A stretch of 64,000 nt of DNA from Octopus sinensis (GCF_006345805.1 NC_043000.1:155806001-155870000), one strand, 5' to 3'; positions 1-13,354 are shown, counted from the stretch's first letter. Notes: a model not told the origin generated them from the letters alone. Translations and numbers: made by a program.

Positions 1-649
1 GCCCCTTGTGGGTAATAAAGAAATAAGAACTTTATGTAGAGAGTCAGAACGACTACCGCATAAAAAAAAAACCTTAGTCTGTGAAAGGAGACTCTAAGGT
101 TGAGAACTACCAACCTGCTAGAAATAACATCCAAATCACGCTCAAATCACACTTTAGTGCTTTTGAAAGGGAAGGACACATTTGGAAAATGTAGCCTGCA
201 TTAACATTACCTGGAAAAAGAAAGGATGGTCATGACTGGTATACATTTTAGCTCAATCAGGATTAACATGGAATTAAATAATACCACGAACAGTATCCTA
301 GAACTGTACGGTCCTTAACGAGACAAAGGCGCAGGTTAACTTGAGCGCTGAATTTATTGACTGTTCCTATACGTTTGACCAGCTACCAATGGGTCGTATG
401 TATGGTTAAGCAGGAATAACACCAAATAACAACAACCTGGATAATATTGATACACTTGAAAGGCGAATGTTATAAATCTGCTTACAAAAAAAACCTGATA
501 AATGGAACTCGGCTTCGATTTCCGTCTTTTCTCTTTGAGAAATGAATGCACATCACCTAATCTCATTCTTTTATAAACCGGAGACTTTGTGCACAAAGAA
601 ATATATTTTATGTTTTTACCTTTTCTATTCTTTCTGTCTAAATTACTCG

Positions 650-690
650 CTCCGCACTCACACATCCTTACGGGACGTGTGAGTGCGGAG
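650..690. other. GC-rich stem-loop
   Basis: ctccgcactcacac (650-663) pairs perfectly with gtgtgagtgcggag (677-690). Confidence 0.8.
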
Positions 691-722
691 TTATAGAGAC
701 ACCATTAGGTGCGGCAACTCAG

Positions 723-951
723 TTAACCCTTTCATTACCAACCTGGCCAAAACCGACTCTGGCTCTGCAGTATAAATGTCTTGTTTTCATTAGTTTTTCA
801 TTAAAATTTACCACCAAACCTTAGTCACAGTTTATGTTCCTAACACTAGCTTAATGATAACTAAGTTATCTTACTAAATTCTTTGTTATATTTAAAATAA
901 TTGAAAGTAATTTTGACCATCTCAAAATAAATACAGTAACAAAAGGGTTAA
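723..951 (+). mobile_element. piggyBac-type MITE, family P1
   Basis: TTAA-CCCTTT...AAAGGG-TTAA termini, about 230 bp; homologous copies at 28917, 45054 and 46425. Confidence 0.85.
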
Positions 952-2886
952 GGAAAATAAGTAGAGTGGAGGACAAATGTTTCGAGGAATTTGTCCCGGA
1001 TCGTTATGGTCTAAGTTCTTATCCCATCAAGGTCGATTTTGCCTTTCAGCCTTTCGAGACCGATAAAATCAAATTCTAACCAAGTCCTGGATGTGATAAA
1101 GTGACCTTCCTCGTACCCACAATTTTTTTTTTTTTGTGCTTTGTTAAAACTATTTAATTATCTTATTCTGTGTTCAGTTCACGTCAAAGTCAATTTTACC
1201 TTTTATCCTCTTCAAGTTGTTAAAATAAGTACAACTCTTCGAGGCTACTCGCACTGGAGAGTTAAATTCGCTAATGCAAACTAACAGAATATTTATTACC
1301 CGGCTTTTTCTTACTCAGCACTACAAGCGAACGAATCGTTTATCAATTTTACTCTGCCGCCGCCACCACCGCTGCTTGCAATGGTAGATTGTTTCTGTCC
1401 TTTTGTGATACCTCTTTACAGCTAAATACACTGAGCCATTGAGAGTTAATAGCTTTGTCTATCGATTTATCGAAGCGCTTTGGACAAGGTATGAACAGCC
1501 CACTCTTCGGCAGGTAGTGTGACATTCTATCGATTTAGCTATCTGCGGCCTTTTATTCCATTATAGATCATTATTAAATTCTGTTTCTATTAAAGTTATA
1601 ATTAACCTGTGAAAGTTGTAATAAAAGAAAGGTTACAAAAACAAAGAAATGCGCTTAATAAAAGACTGTGTGATTGACTGTGTTGTTTTTATGAGCAGAT
1701 TCCTTCTATCTGACAATGTCTGTTTCTAATATGTACACTGAATGTATTTAGGCATGTACTTACTTGTCTATCTCGCCATCTCTCGACACACGCACACAAT
1801 TTGTGTATACCTATACATTTACTTAGTAATTAACGGCCTTATATATATATATCTATATATATATAAATGCGAATATGCTGTGTTTTAGTCTATATATTGA
1901 GGTGTGTGTATGTAAAGTGTCCGCATCTCTCACTCTCTCTCTCTCTTCTATACATAGTTATAAATAAATTATTGGTGTGTGTATGTGTCCTATAAACGAG
2001 TATGCGCATATGTTTTCTCTATTTGAGCTGTAGTTATGTGTGTAGATGGTGCATCAATAAATTACTTTAGACATCTTTGATATCATAACTGACAATTAAG
2101 TAATTCTCCACTGTTCTCCTTGACATCAAAGACTTGCAGTTTAGTTAGGCTCTTCCTGTTGACATCAATAATTAAAACTCCGTCAACCCTACTCTCTGGA
2201 TTGATCCGTGTTTACGTCACTCCAAGCCTAATGTCATCTCATAATCGATGGCTGTTAGGCTTAAAGGGATGTCGATAAGATGTATCTAGTACTTTATTGA
2301 TCTATATTACTTCAGCGATGAGGTCAACAGGACCTAACCAGTACTTTCCTAATCTATATGCACTTTGTTGTGGGGTTCACGTGTCGCCGATTTTAAATTA
2401 CAATACATCAATTTAAAGAGAAACAATAGAAAAATTATTTAAATCTATATTCATTTATTGGCCCTGGCCTCCGTTTTCTGCATTGCGGCTAAGTTGTGTT
2501 AGGGAACCAGCTTCGAGAACTTTAGTCTATTATATCGACTCTTGTACTTAATACTTATTTTATTGATGGTTGTCAAATAAAACATCAATAAAACAGCATC
2601 ATCGAACTGGGAAATCGTTAGAGCATCAGGTAAAATGCTTTGCGGTATTCATTTCGGCTCACTGGGCTCTGAATTCAAATCCCGTCGAGGTTAGATTTGT
2701 CTTTCCGTCATTTCGGAGTCGATAAAAACAGAAGCACATGTTCAATACTGGGGGCTTCTGCTTCTCTACAGACACGACACGCAGTATGTCACGATGCCTG
2801 CGATTTTATAATGAATCGAAGACTCGAGAAAAAATAATTTATCAAATGGTTTTAAGTCTGTTTGCTTCTGGTATATTTTATATAAT

Positions 2887-3270
2887 GTGGAGGCGCAATG
2901 GCCCAATGGTTAGCGCAGCGGACTCGCGGTCGTAGGATCGCGGTTTCGATTCCCAGACCAGGCGTCGTGAGTGTTTATTGAGCGAAAACACCTAAAGCTC
3001 CACGAGGCTCCGGCAGGGGATGGTGGTGATCCCTGCTGTACTCTTTCACCACAACTTTCTCTCACTCTTACTTCCTCTTTCTGTTGTACCTGTATTTCAA
3101 AGGGCCGGCCTTGTCACTCTCTGTGTCACGCTGAATATCCCCGAGAACTACGTTAAGGGTACGCGTGTCTGTGGAGTGTTCAGCCACTTACACGTTAATT
3201 TCACGAGCAGGCTGTTCCGTTGATTCGGATCAACCGGAACCCTCGTCGTCGTAACCGACGGAGTGCTTCC
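2887..3270 (+). mobile_element. tRNA-derived SINE, family O (probably OR-type octopus SINE)
   Basis: tRNA-like head with A/B-box-like motifs; about 385 bp; 13-bp TSD attttatataatg (2875-2887 / 3271-3283). Confidence 0.88.
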
Positions 3271-4149
3271 ATTTTATATAATGGAACGTAAATTAATAAG
3301 TTGCTTTTATCAGATACACCGACAAACACTCTCAAACGTACAATGAGCTCTCTCTCTCTTGTACTACATATACACAACGAAAGGATATCTGCTTTAACGA
3401 TTGAGTTAACCAATTGTAGGGTTAATATTGTATGTGTACATGATACTGAAATATCATATACGTTGGACACTGATAAACAATAATAAAAATGACCTAAAAT
3501 ACTGTGAACATATATGAACATAATAAATTAATGTATAACATCATTTAACAATACCTTATGTAAATGATTTAACATTATTTAATATAGTATGTAATCGTTA
3601 AATCATAATACCGTAAATTATTGCTTTCATTTATGTGATGTAGATGACATGACATTGATGTGATGAAAGTGGGGTAGGGGTAAAAGTAGCGTTCATTATG
3701 AATTAGAAAATTCTCGTAGAAGCATGAAATAACTTGAAAGGAACTAAATCGACAGTAGACGGGATATCAATATTATCAGCTGACAACAATTGCTGGAACA
3801 GTTTGACTCGAAGTATGAGCCACCTTGCTACTACTGCTTCCGGATAAGGAGTTCTTAAATAATATTAGTAATATTGCTGAAAATCAATTTTTATTGACAA
3901 TTTATGAAATGACGTAATCAAGGGATTTACATATAAAAGGGAGTCTGAGTTTCTCATGCAATGGTTCATCGTCTTCATTCTTACTATTTCTGATGTCATC
4001 TATAAGAGTTTCAGCCATATTTTTTCTTGTTATTACTTGCTATCAAGACCATCTATTTCGCTTGTTCTTTAAACCATACGATGATAATCCTTTACTATTA
4101 ACCCTTTAATATTTATCATAACTCTGTACAGTTTGCTCCAAGCATTGAC

Positions 4150-4900
4150 TAGAATGGTTAAACTTTTCTGCCATCTGTGGAGTTGTTAAAATAAATATTG
4201 CAGGTTTGAGGTTGTATTGATGTTAGTGACAGTGTTGTCATCGTGTTTTCTCCCTAAGATCGTCTTCTAGTATCACAAGAACTTTGTCCATATACATTCT
4301 TTGTTATAATCTTTGCCCGACTATAATTATACCTTGATCCATTGGCTGGATCACCGAGGTGAAATGGATGGCAAAAGCGAGCACCTTCCTTATTGGTGAG
4401 TAAATGCATTATCTGAAATTAGAAACGCCGTTACGTCATCAGCTGAAACTCTTTGAGTGCATCCTCCTGACAATTTCGTTCCACTGGAATGAAATGCAAG
4501 AAAATCAAAGCGATGCATGTCAAACCACAATATTTCAAAATGATAATAATAAACGTGCGAACGCACTGACCTTGCGTACGCCATTTCCTCTAAAAGGTGC
4601 CCACAGTCTGCGTTCGCAAAATACAATGCTGATAAAACGTTTCTTGCTTAGATTATAACCAGGTATAGAGGCTTCATTCTCAAAATCTTGAGTATTCTGA
4701 AATAGTGATCACCAATACAATCCAGTTGTACCTCCATTATATACTTAGGGGAAATTAGAGGCCCCTTCACAATGCCTTTCTGAATGGTTTGTTACTTCAC
4801 TGTCTGTTTCAACGTGGATAATTCTACTTCCATTATGATTTCTAAATCGCCATAATCACACATCGCTAATTTCGAAATTGTTCCCGCCCATTCTTCTTGT
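4150..4900 (-). pseudogene. pogo/Tigger-type transposase remnant (boundaries approximate)
   Basis: Hand translation: LWRFRN, YNGGTTGLYW*SL (cf. YNADETGLYW), SKKRF, TSVIQPMDQG (4332-4361); many stops and frameshifts. Confidence 0.75.
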
Positions 4901-5060
4901 TAACTTGACAGAAATACTTTGAATTTCTAGTTCACAGACGGTGCTACTAATATATTATTGATAAATAGACCACTGCATCACTGCCTAATAGTTAAATCTT
5001 TTGTATCTCTCATACGCTTCCTAACATGATGATGATGACGATTTAGAATATATATTTACA

Positions 5061-5437
5061 CTAGCAGTATTGCCCGACGTTGCTCGGGTTTGTTTCGACC
5101 CTTTAGAATTGGAATTTTTGAAAAAAGTAAAAATGTTGCATTATATAGCTTGTTATTCTCTTTAAGTGAACATTTTTCTGGTTGAAATACACCGAAAAAT
5201 GGCGACACAGCAGTCAAAAGATCGTAAAATATAGGGATTTTCAAAGAAAAAAAGCACCTTTTTGATGTAAATAATTTTTGGTCTTAACGTAGTCCGATTT
5301 GAATTTTATCTTCTACGGAAGGAAGGGCAAGCCTTCTTCTATCATACACTCAATTTTGGTCAACTTGCGCCGCAGGGTCTCGAAGGAGATATTGTTAGTT
5401 AAAGGCTACCAAACCTGCCACACACAGACAACTTCAG

Positions 5438-5512
<75 letters not shown>
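5061..5512 (-). mobile_element. Non-autonomous Helitron, subtype H1
   Basis: In element orientation A|TC 5' end with TC/TA microsatellite, 3' GC hairpin then CTAG|T; homologous to 41419-41812. Confidence 0.8.
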
Positions 5513-5516
<4 letters not shown>

Positions 5517-6749
5517 ATTTTACAGAAAACGTAATGAGTTCGTCCTTAGTACGAAACCATTTTCTTTCTAACGTCTTGCTCTAAAATTTAACTCACACCG
5601 CTGAAGAACCAGACTATACTTTCCTTCAGCTTCAGTTTCTAGTTCACTAATAGTCACATGCTTCTTTAGTTTATTATTCTCCTTTGAAATCATGATGATA
5701 AACTATGAGGCTAAAATAGTGTATGTTAATATGTTAAAACTCCCGCTTCAGTTAACATGACTTTTACTTGGCAACACTGAATTTGCCATGTAGAAGTAAT
5801 GACTCAAGTGGGAGATTTAGCATACACTTACAGATACAAAATACTGAACAGTCTTTAAACCTGCTCTTCACAGTTTCTTTCTAACGCATTTTTATTTTTT
5901 AGACACTACTAGTTTGCTCGATTTTGAGCAAAGATTATAATTGAAAATTCATTCCAACAATAATCATTTACATTTCAAGCATAGCTTGTCTTGAACTACT
6001 TTAGCCAATGTATCATATTCCCTTTAATATTTTAGGAGTGAGAAGACAAAAAAAATCTGAAAATAAAAACACTATTAATCATTTACTTGGTTATCTTTTC
6101 TTTCGTTTTTGTCCTTCCCTCAAACATATATTTCTAGCTAGCATTTTAATGGTCTATACATTAAACGTATTAACACTAAGTTCCCTATGGGTTTTTTTAA
6201 TGATAATTACATCTCTGATTTATCTAATATATAATCAAACAATTGTTTCTGAAATTACATAAAATATGTTGTATATTTTTAAAGGTAACTCCTTGTGTCT
6301 TCTTATCATCGAGTTTTAAACCATGATGATGATGGAGAAGAGGGTATCATCGTTGTTGCAGTAGAAGCAACAACTTGATGATGATGATGATGATGATGAC
6401 AATATCATTGTCACAGTAGTAGTAGTAGTAGTAGTATTTTGCAGCAAGTATTGTTGTATGATGTGCTGTTAAACTAATAAACACCATCCCCCTGCAAAAA
6501 TAAAAAGGAAAGAGAAATGAAATTCTTTTGTCCTTCCTTCTCTATCAATGAGAAAACAGGGTTAATATCCATATAATTCTCTTTTTCTTATACATGAGCA
6601 AGAGACATAATCCGCCTACCCATCAGATCCTGCTGAATCATCCAAGACACGTCTGTATGGAACTAAAAGTAAAACTTAAGATAATGATGATGGTGACAGA
6701 AGTGATGTGGGACAAGTTGAAAATGTTTAAAACTATCTTTGAGAGACTA

Positions 6750-7559
6750 TTCACAATCAAGTTGATTGCAGAAAACCTCTGCTGCAATTCTCTGATGACC
6801 ACCAGACAATTACCATAATCTTTTGCTGATGCAACTTTGGCTTTGGGAAATGTATGAGGGACTATTCACAATCAAACCATTGACCTTATCATTTACAGTT
6901 ATCATAAAGGATTCACTTTTTGTCACAAGTGACTATTCGGTCAAGAAAAGGATCATTGGTGTTTCACAGAAAGAGCATAGTGCACACTTCAAAATACCAA
7001 ACTTTTTGATTTTCATTGAGCTCATGCAATACCCATTTATCGAGCTTTTTTACTTAACCAATCTTCTGCAGATTGCGTGAGACCACTGCAATACCGGCAC
7101 CAAGTGCCTGAGACATTTCTCTGACACTTTGACGTGGGTTTTGTTCAACAATTGCTTTCAATTGTTCATTGCCAAGACAGCATGACCATCCTCTACCTTC
7201 TTCATCTTCAAGGCTCTCATCACCACTACGGAATTTCTGAAATCACCTTCATACTGTGCGATCATTTGTCGACCCCTCTCCCCATGCTCTGTTGATATTG
7301 GCAGCAGTTTGGGGGGCATTGTACCCAAGCTTGAACTCATGCGAGAAAAGTAAGCGAAGGTCCTTTTTTGTCATGTTCATAATTAAGGGCACCTATGCTT
7401 CAAGAATGTTTTCTGTCTGAAATAAGTAGAAAATTATTAAAGAGCACACATCAATTATTAAGTATGTCAAATTCACCTAAAATTTAATTAAAATACTATG
7501 ATAAAATTGCGTTTCAAAACACAACACTTAGAGCAGTCATTATTTTCGGAACAACCTAA
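6750..7559 (-). mobile_element. mariner remnant, Hsmar1/cecropia-like, 3' truncated
   Basis: TA + TIR TTAGGTTGTTCCGAAAATAAT at 7559. ATG at 7380 gives MNMTKKDLRLLF...FRSGDESLEDEEGRG...VKKLDKWVLHEL...DPFLDRIVTCDKK*ILYDN...FPKPKLHQQKIMVIVWWS, with in-frame stops. Confidence 0.9.
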
Positions 7560-8176
7560 TATGTATAATTAGCTAAATTGTCTTTCATTAGATGCAGTCA
7601 CTAATGTCTGTGTGAGTAGCAGTAGCAGCAGCATTGTCTCCAGTGTAGAACTAATATTCTATTATGGGCTTCACTTGAGCCTCATAGAGAGTTAGTAAGA
7701 GAGCTGAAATATTTTCTGGCTCTCAAAACAAGTACTAGTCTTTGAAATATACTTTTAGCTAAATAGAGGATGTCCATTTAGCAGGACCGACCCTCAGTGG
7801 TAGTGAGCCCAGTGTCTGTAGTAAACTTGAGGTTTCTAGTTATGTGTTGGCCATATTTGGTAAGAATGTTTTTTAATTATACAGAGGCCCCAACTACTGT
7901 AGGTGCTTATTTACAGTTAGGTGGATGAATGAAGTGATAAGAATAAAAAGGCAAAAACTAAGAAAATGGAGAACATCCTCAAAACTTGAAATAAAAAAAT
8001 GCTTTAGTTATTAATGTCAAAAATCAACTGTTAAAATCTGTTTTATCATTTCATGTCCAATTTTTCAAATTAGTACAAAATAGGATTTTGTTGGAATGGT
8101 TGATTAATAGCAAGATACTTTCTGTAACATTTACTCTCCAGCAATAGATTAGGAACTTCATGCATTCTTTTCTAGG

Positions 8177-8375
8177 AACAAGGCCTGAAATTTTGGGGGA
8201 GGGGGCCAGTTGTTTAGATTGACTCCAGTATGCAACTGGTGCTTAATTTATTAACCCCGAAAGGATGAAAAGCAAAGTTGACCTCAGTGGTATTTGAACT
8301 CAGAATGTAAAGACAGACGAAATACCGCTAAGCATTTCACCCAGCCTGCTAACATTTCTTCCAGCTCACAGCCTT
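8177..8375 (-). mobile_element. SINE family C
   Basis: gaaaggatgaaa...gacctc...tttgaactcagaa core in reverse orientation. Confidence 0.75.
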
Positions 8376-8978
8376 AGAAACTTCCTGTATTACAGGAAAA
8401 CTGTCTATTAAAGTTAACTGTATTATCGATAAGCACATGTTCATAACTAACTGTACTTCTGACCAAAAATAAATAATCCAGTGTTTTAATCTTGCTGAAT
8501 GGGAGAAGGTGAGACTTGGTAAGTGTTGAGTTGGAAATTTAAGGATTATTCAAAGATGAAAAGCAAGGACATTACATGGGTTTAAGTAGATATTATAAAG
8601 TTGCTTGGTGTATTGATGAGGTAGAGAGGGAGTCCAGCCACATTGAAGAGTAAAGGTTTCAGAAAGTTTGTAAGTGAAGGTTTGTCTATCAATTATAAAG
8701 TCTGTCTCTTGAATGCAGTCAAGAACATAAATGTGTGTATGAGCATCAAGTATGTCAGAATGCCCAGAAGGAAAAAAGTAGGGAACTGGACATATAAGTG
8801 CTATCAATTTTATAGTGAATATGGTTGGAAGTAACAGTGAGTGGGTGGATGAGTGTGTACTCTGAGGCAGCAATGAACTGATTGGTAGATAGAGAGAGCA
8901 AAGGGGACAAACTGATTGAAGAAATAGCTTCTGCTTACATACATTACAATGGATCATCTTATCAGGGAACTTCTAAAC

Positions 8979-9179
8979 CAGTGGTTTTCAACCAGGGTTC
9001 CGCCAGTACAGTCCAAGGGTTCCGCAAGAAGTTACAAAAATGCTAAAATCGGCAGTAATTTTTAATTTTCCTGTGCAGATATGTGTGCATAAGACAATTA
9101 GATTATTGCACAGGGGTTCCTCGAGCCAGTGAAATGTTTCCTTGGGGTTCCGCTCCAGCAAAAAGTTTGAAAAGCACTG
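8979..9179. mobile_element. hAT-type MITE
   Basis: TIRs CAGTGGTTTTCAA / TTGAAAAGCACTG; 8-bp TSD ttctaaac (8971-8978 / 9180-9187). Confidence 0.88.
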
Positions 9180-9225
9180 TTCTAAACAATAAATTAGGTT
9201 GTAGAAACCACAGGGATATTTTCAT

Positions 9226-9478
9226 GTTAGAAAAAGTCAAAAGCTTTGCTGATGTCAAGGGCAGCAACTTGGCATTTGCTGGAGTTCTCAAAAACTAGAG
9301 GAGTGCTAACATATGATAAAACAAGGTCTCCGAAGAAACTGGCTCTGTGAAACTTATTCTGGTGATCAAAGAGAAGACACAAAGGGTGTAGTGGGTAGCA
9401 CCCATTTAGGATCACTAACATCTTAGATATGACAGGAAGAGACCAATTAATAGGGTAGAAGCAGTTATTTTGTCTTAA
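9226..9478 (-). mobile_element. LINE reverse transcriptase fragment (CR1/Jockey-like)
   Basis: CQVAALDISKAFD motif in ORF 9227..9487. Confidence 0.55.
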
Positions 9479-9494
9479 ATGGGGCAATATACAT

Positions 9495-9906
9495 TTACTC
9501 TTTACTCTTTACTCTTTTACTTGTTTCAGTCATTTGACTGTGGCCATGCTGGAGCACCGCCTTTAATCGAGCAACTCGACCCCGGGACTTATTCTTTTGG
9601 AAGCCCAGTACTTATTCTATCGGTCTCTTTTGCCGAACCGCTAAGTAACAGGGACATAAACACACCAGCATCGGTTGTCAAGCAATGCTAGGGAGACAAA
9701 CACACACACACAAACACATACACATACATACATATATATATATATATATACGACAGGCTTCTTTCAGTTTCCATCTACCAAATCCACTCACAAGGCTTTG
9801 GTCGGCCTGAGGCTATAGTAGAAGACACTTGCCCAACGTGCCACGCAGTGGGACTGAACCCGGAACCATGTGGTCAGTAAACAAATTACTTACCACACAG
9901 CCACTC
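9495..9906 (-). mobile_element. tRNA-derived SINE, family A (internal TA/TG microsatellite, (AAAGAGT)n tail)
   Basis: Reverse complement of the full-length copies at 14290, 23739 and 40691. Confidence 0.88.
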
Positions 9907-11598
9907 ATTTTTGGATAAATACCCGTAGAGGGAGAAAGTTTGAAGGATTTGGTGTGTACTGGGGTCAACTAGAGAACACAAACTATCAATGTGATAACTG
10001 CAACATCATTGGGTTCAATCATCATATTAAATTTTTGTGATTAACTTGTCACAGATTGATTAAGAGTGGAAATGAGAGAAAGAGTAAGACAAGCAGAAAG
10101 TGTTTTAAAAACATTACTATTAAGATTGCCATATTCCATGGTGACAGCCAGTCATCTATACTCTTTGCATTATACTTAATTTGAAATAGGATCAATAGCT
10201 TTGATTCATTAACTATTTATAGATCATCTGAAAGTATACATGATGTGCAAGGTAGAGCTTGATACCTCAGTGAAAAGCAGTTCCTGTTTTGTTTTGTTTT
10301 TTTGTTGTTTTTTTTTTTGGAAAAATTTACAAGCCTATAGATCTATAGTGGAGGTTAAGGAAATGCACTTATTCCATCAGGGTATGAACAGAATCTGTTG
10401 AGAATAATGGATATAAATACCAAGGTATTGTGGAGCTTGACAGAATGACAGAGGAAGAAATGAAGAATAGTTTAGTGAATGAGACAATAAAGATGAAGAC
10501 AAGTGCAAACCTGTTCAATCCAAGCAATCATGAGAAGATGATTGTTAAAACATCCACGATGATGATGATGATGATGATGATGAATAGAAAGAAGAGAAAA
10601 TCAATGCAATCAACACCTGGGTGACTGCATTACAAAAGTATGATGCCAGGTAACTAAAATGTAATAACAAAGACCTGAATAGTTTCACCAGAAAGGAAAA
10701 GAATATTGATAATATATGATAGATTCTACATGAAAAGTAGTGTTAAACAGTTACAGTGTTGATAACAAATGAGAGAAAAAAGGTCTGATTAGATAAAAGG
10801 GCTGCAGGGAGGAAACGAGAAAAAAAAAAGTAATGTTTGGTTTGGTTTGGTAAAGAATTGCTTAGAACTAGTTATTGAGAAAATAAAAATTCAACATTGA
10901 TTTGAAAAAAATAATGGTGAAGTGGTGTATAAAACCATGACTAAAAGAGTATAGAATATTTAGGTGAGCAAAGGGACCGGCAGTTGATGCAGAGATGTGT
11001 GATAGAGGAGGCGTAGAGAAGATTGAATCAATGGCTAAGGAAATGTAACCTCAAATGTGAGTCTGACGCTTTGATCTGTCAGCATAAAAAGCAATATCTT
11101 TGAATAAATTAGATCAAGTTCCACATATACAAAACAACTAAATCCTACTGAATATGCTTATTTTATTTCCCCTCCACAATATTTTCTGATGTAAAAAGCT
11201 AGCTTAAAGTAAGGAGAAATTGGATAACAATGTTATACAAATTATTCATTGGAAGCTGTATGGATTCTAGCAGCTAGAGTGTGAACACAACTTGAAAAGT
11301 ATTATAATCTATTAGCGTATTAAAATCTTATAGACATTTCCACATCCAACGTCTTTGTGCATTAAAACACAGCCATACTGACAGTACGATGAAAAAGAGG
11401 AAGAGAATTCAAGCAATCTGTTCCAAGAGACAATGTAGGGAAATGGAAAGTAAAAGAATGGAAACCTAGTTTGAGGAATTGGAAGAGGCATTAAAGAAAG
11501 ACATCAACGACTAGTGTGCAAAGAGATGTAAATAAAGAAGGAAAGAGTGTAAAAGATTGGTGAATGAAAATACTAGGAAAAAAAGCAGCATTCAGAAA

Positions 11599-12000
11599 TC
11601 TTTATAAATAAAAGTAAGGTTGTGTGCTGTCTGTCTCCTACGATTTAGATTCCTAACTACTCCCACATTTTGCGGTGCAGTTTAACCAAAACCGGGTATC
11701 TTATAGTCGTGATTCATATCGAGCCCTTCTGGGTATTAGCACGCGTCTACGATGAGTCTACGATTTAAAAAAAAAATTTACCATCATTTTTTTCCATTTG
11801 AATGCATTTTATCGCTATTATATAAGGGAAGTAACTCTCTAAAAATGTCTACGATGAGTCAACGATTTAAAAAAAAATTTACCATCATTTTTTTTCCATT
11901 TTTAATGCATTTCTTTGCTATTTTTTGGCTATAACTCTCTAAAAATACCTATATAGTTATTTCCCTTACAAACCCGAGCAACGCCGGGCGATACTGCTAG
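11599..12000 (+). mobile_element. Non-autonomous Helitron, subtype H2, with an internal about 95-bp tandem duplication
   Basis: A|TC start; cccgagcaacgccggg hairpin, then CTAG|T at 11997-12001. Confidence 0.82.
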
Positions 12001-12207
12001 TAAATACTAAACTAAGAATTATTAGTGAAATTATAAGTTCACAGGAAAGCTAAAACTGGACATAAGCTTGGAACACTTCCAAAATATTGTTTGTTCAGAA
12101 AAGCCAAAATATTTTAAATATTTTAACCTTCAACTTTTGGATTATTAGTTATAATTAGCTATCAAGGAAAACAAACCTAAAACATACCACACAGTGAAAA
12201 TAAAATC

Positions 12208-12245
<38 letters not shown>

Positions 12246-12246
<1 letters not shown>

Positions 12247-12758
12247 CTGCCTTGATGCAGTACCAGACAGTGGTTCTCATGGCTTCTGATCTTAACTGAT
12301 TGGAAGTGTTATCATGTACATTGTTTTGTCTTGGTATAAAAGATGGGCTACAGCAAATATTCTGCTCAATACCACAGGTTTGCTTGTCAGTTGTTTGACT
12401 TTAACCAGTTGAGCATGTTCCTTAGTGGCTGACAATATGTGCATCTCTGATCATGAGCAGAAGTAGTGGGGGAGCATCATAGCCATGTGTTGAAAGGAAT
12501 TCTTAGAGGTTTGGATAATTCACCTTTGGAAACATGGGTGGTTCGTTCAACATCCTTAAACAATCCTTATTCAGGGACCTTTTGAGTGGGATGGGCTACT
12601 GGACCAGAAGAAAGTTCTTACTGGGCCCCGCCTGCAAGGTCATGTGCTGTTTATCTTGATATGAGATCACCATGTCGCGCACATATGGTTGTGATGCATG
12701 TGCCTAGTGTACCCTTATCAGATAGGTGGTCGTGATGGGTATACTGGGCTTCTCACTC
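12246..12758. mobile_element. Unclassified interspersed repeat embedded in (AAT)n
   Basis: About 510-bp non-coding block with (AAT)n on both sides; single copy in the window. Confidence 0.5.
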
Positions 12759-12789
12759 AATAATAATAATAATAATAATAATAATAGGT

Positions 12790-12990
12790 TAAAAGTTTGG
12801 CACAAGGCCAGCAATTTTGGGGAAGTAAGTCAACTACAACGACCTCCAGTAATCAACTTATGTTATCAACCCTGAAAAGATGAAAAGCAAAGTCGACCCT
12901 GGCAGAATTTGAACTCAGAATGTAAAGGCAGATGAAACACCATGAAGCTTTTTACCCAATATGCTAACAATTCTGCCAGCTAATTGCCTT
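12790..12990 (-). mobile_element. SINE family C (older subfamily, (ATT)n tail)
   Basis: Same core motifs. Confidence 0.7.
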
Positions 12991-13354
12991 ATTACTATCA
13001 TTAAATGATAAGCAGGATTTCTAAGACTGACACATAATGTTGTGGTGAGGCACAGTAGATTCTTTTATCAACATTAGAACATTAATGGTCCTTTTTGTTT
13101 TTTTAATCAAACACCCTCCTCCTCAAGCCCAGAAAGATTAGCATGAGGGGTTAGTTGATTAAATCCACGCCAGAACTTGACTGGTATATTGTTTAAGCAA
13201 TCATGAGGGAGAGAAAAGACAAGGTTGACCTAAACAGACTTTGAACTCAGAGGACAGAACTGGAACAAATGCCACAATGCATTCTGTGCAAAACTTTAAC
13301 TAATCTTCCAGCTGACCGTCCTAATGATTATAATAATGATTTCTAGCATGGATA

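Noticed and set aside
354-665. 103-aa minus-strand ORF as a gene
   Set aside because: No recognisable domain, AT-rich filler composition, and no phase-consistent partner exons visible.
2887-2965. tRNA-like heads of SINE families O, A and C as tRNA genes
   Set aside because: Acceptor stems are incomplete and every head continues into a several-hundred-bp repeated body, often with TSDs.
2971-3223. Recurrent ORFs (MFIERKHLK..., MVVIPAVL..., MLGGQTQT..., MDGATGVW...)
   Set aside because: Chance frames within SINE O, SINE A and repeat B copies.
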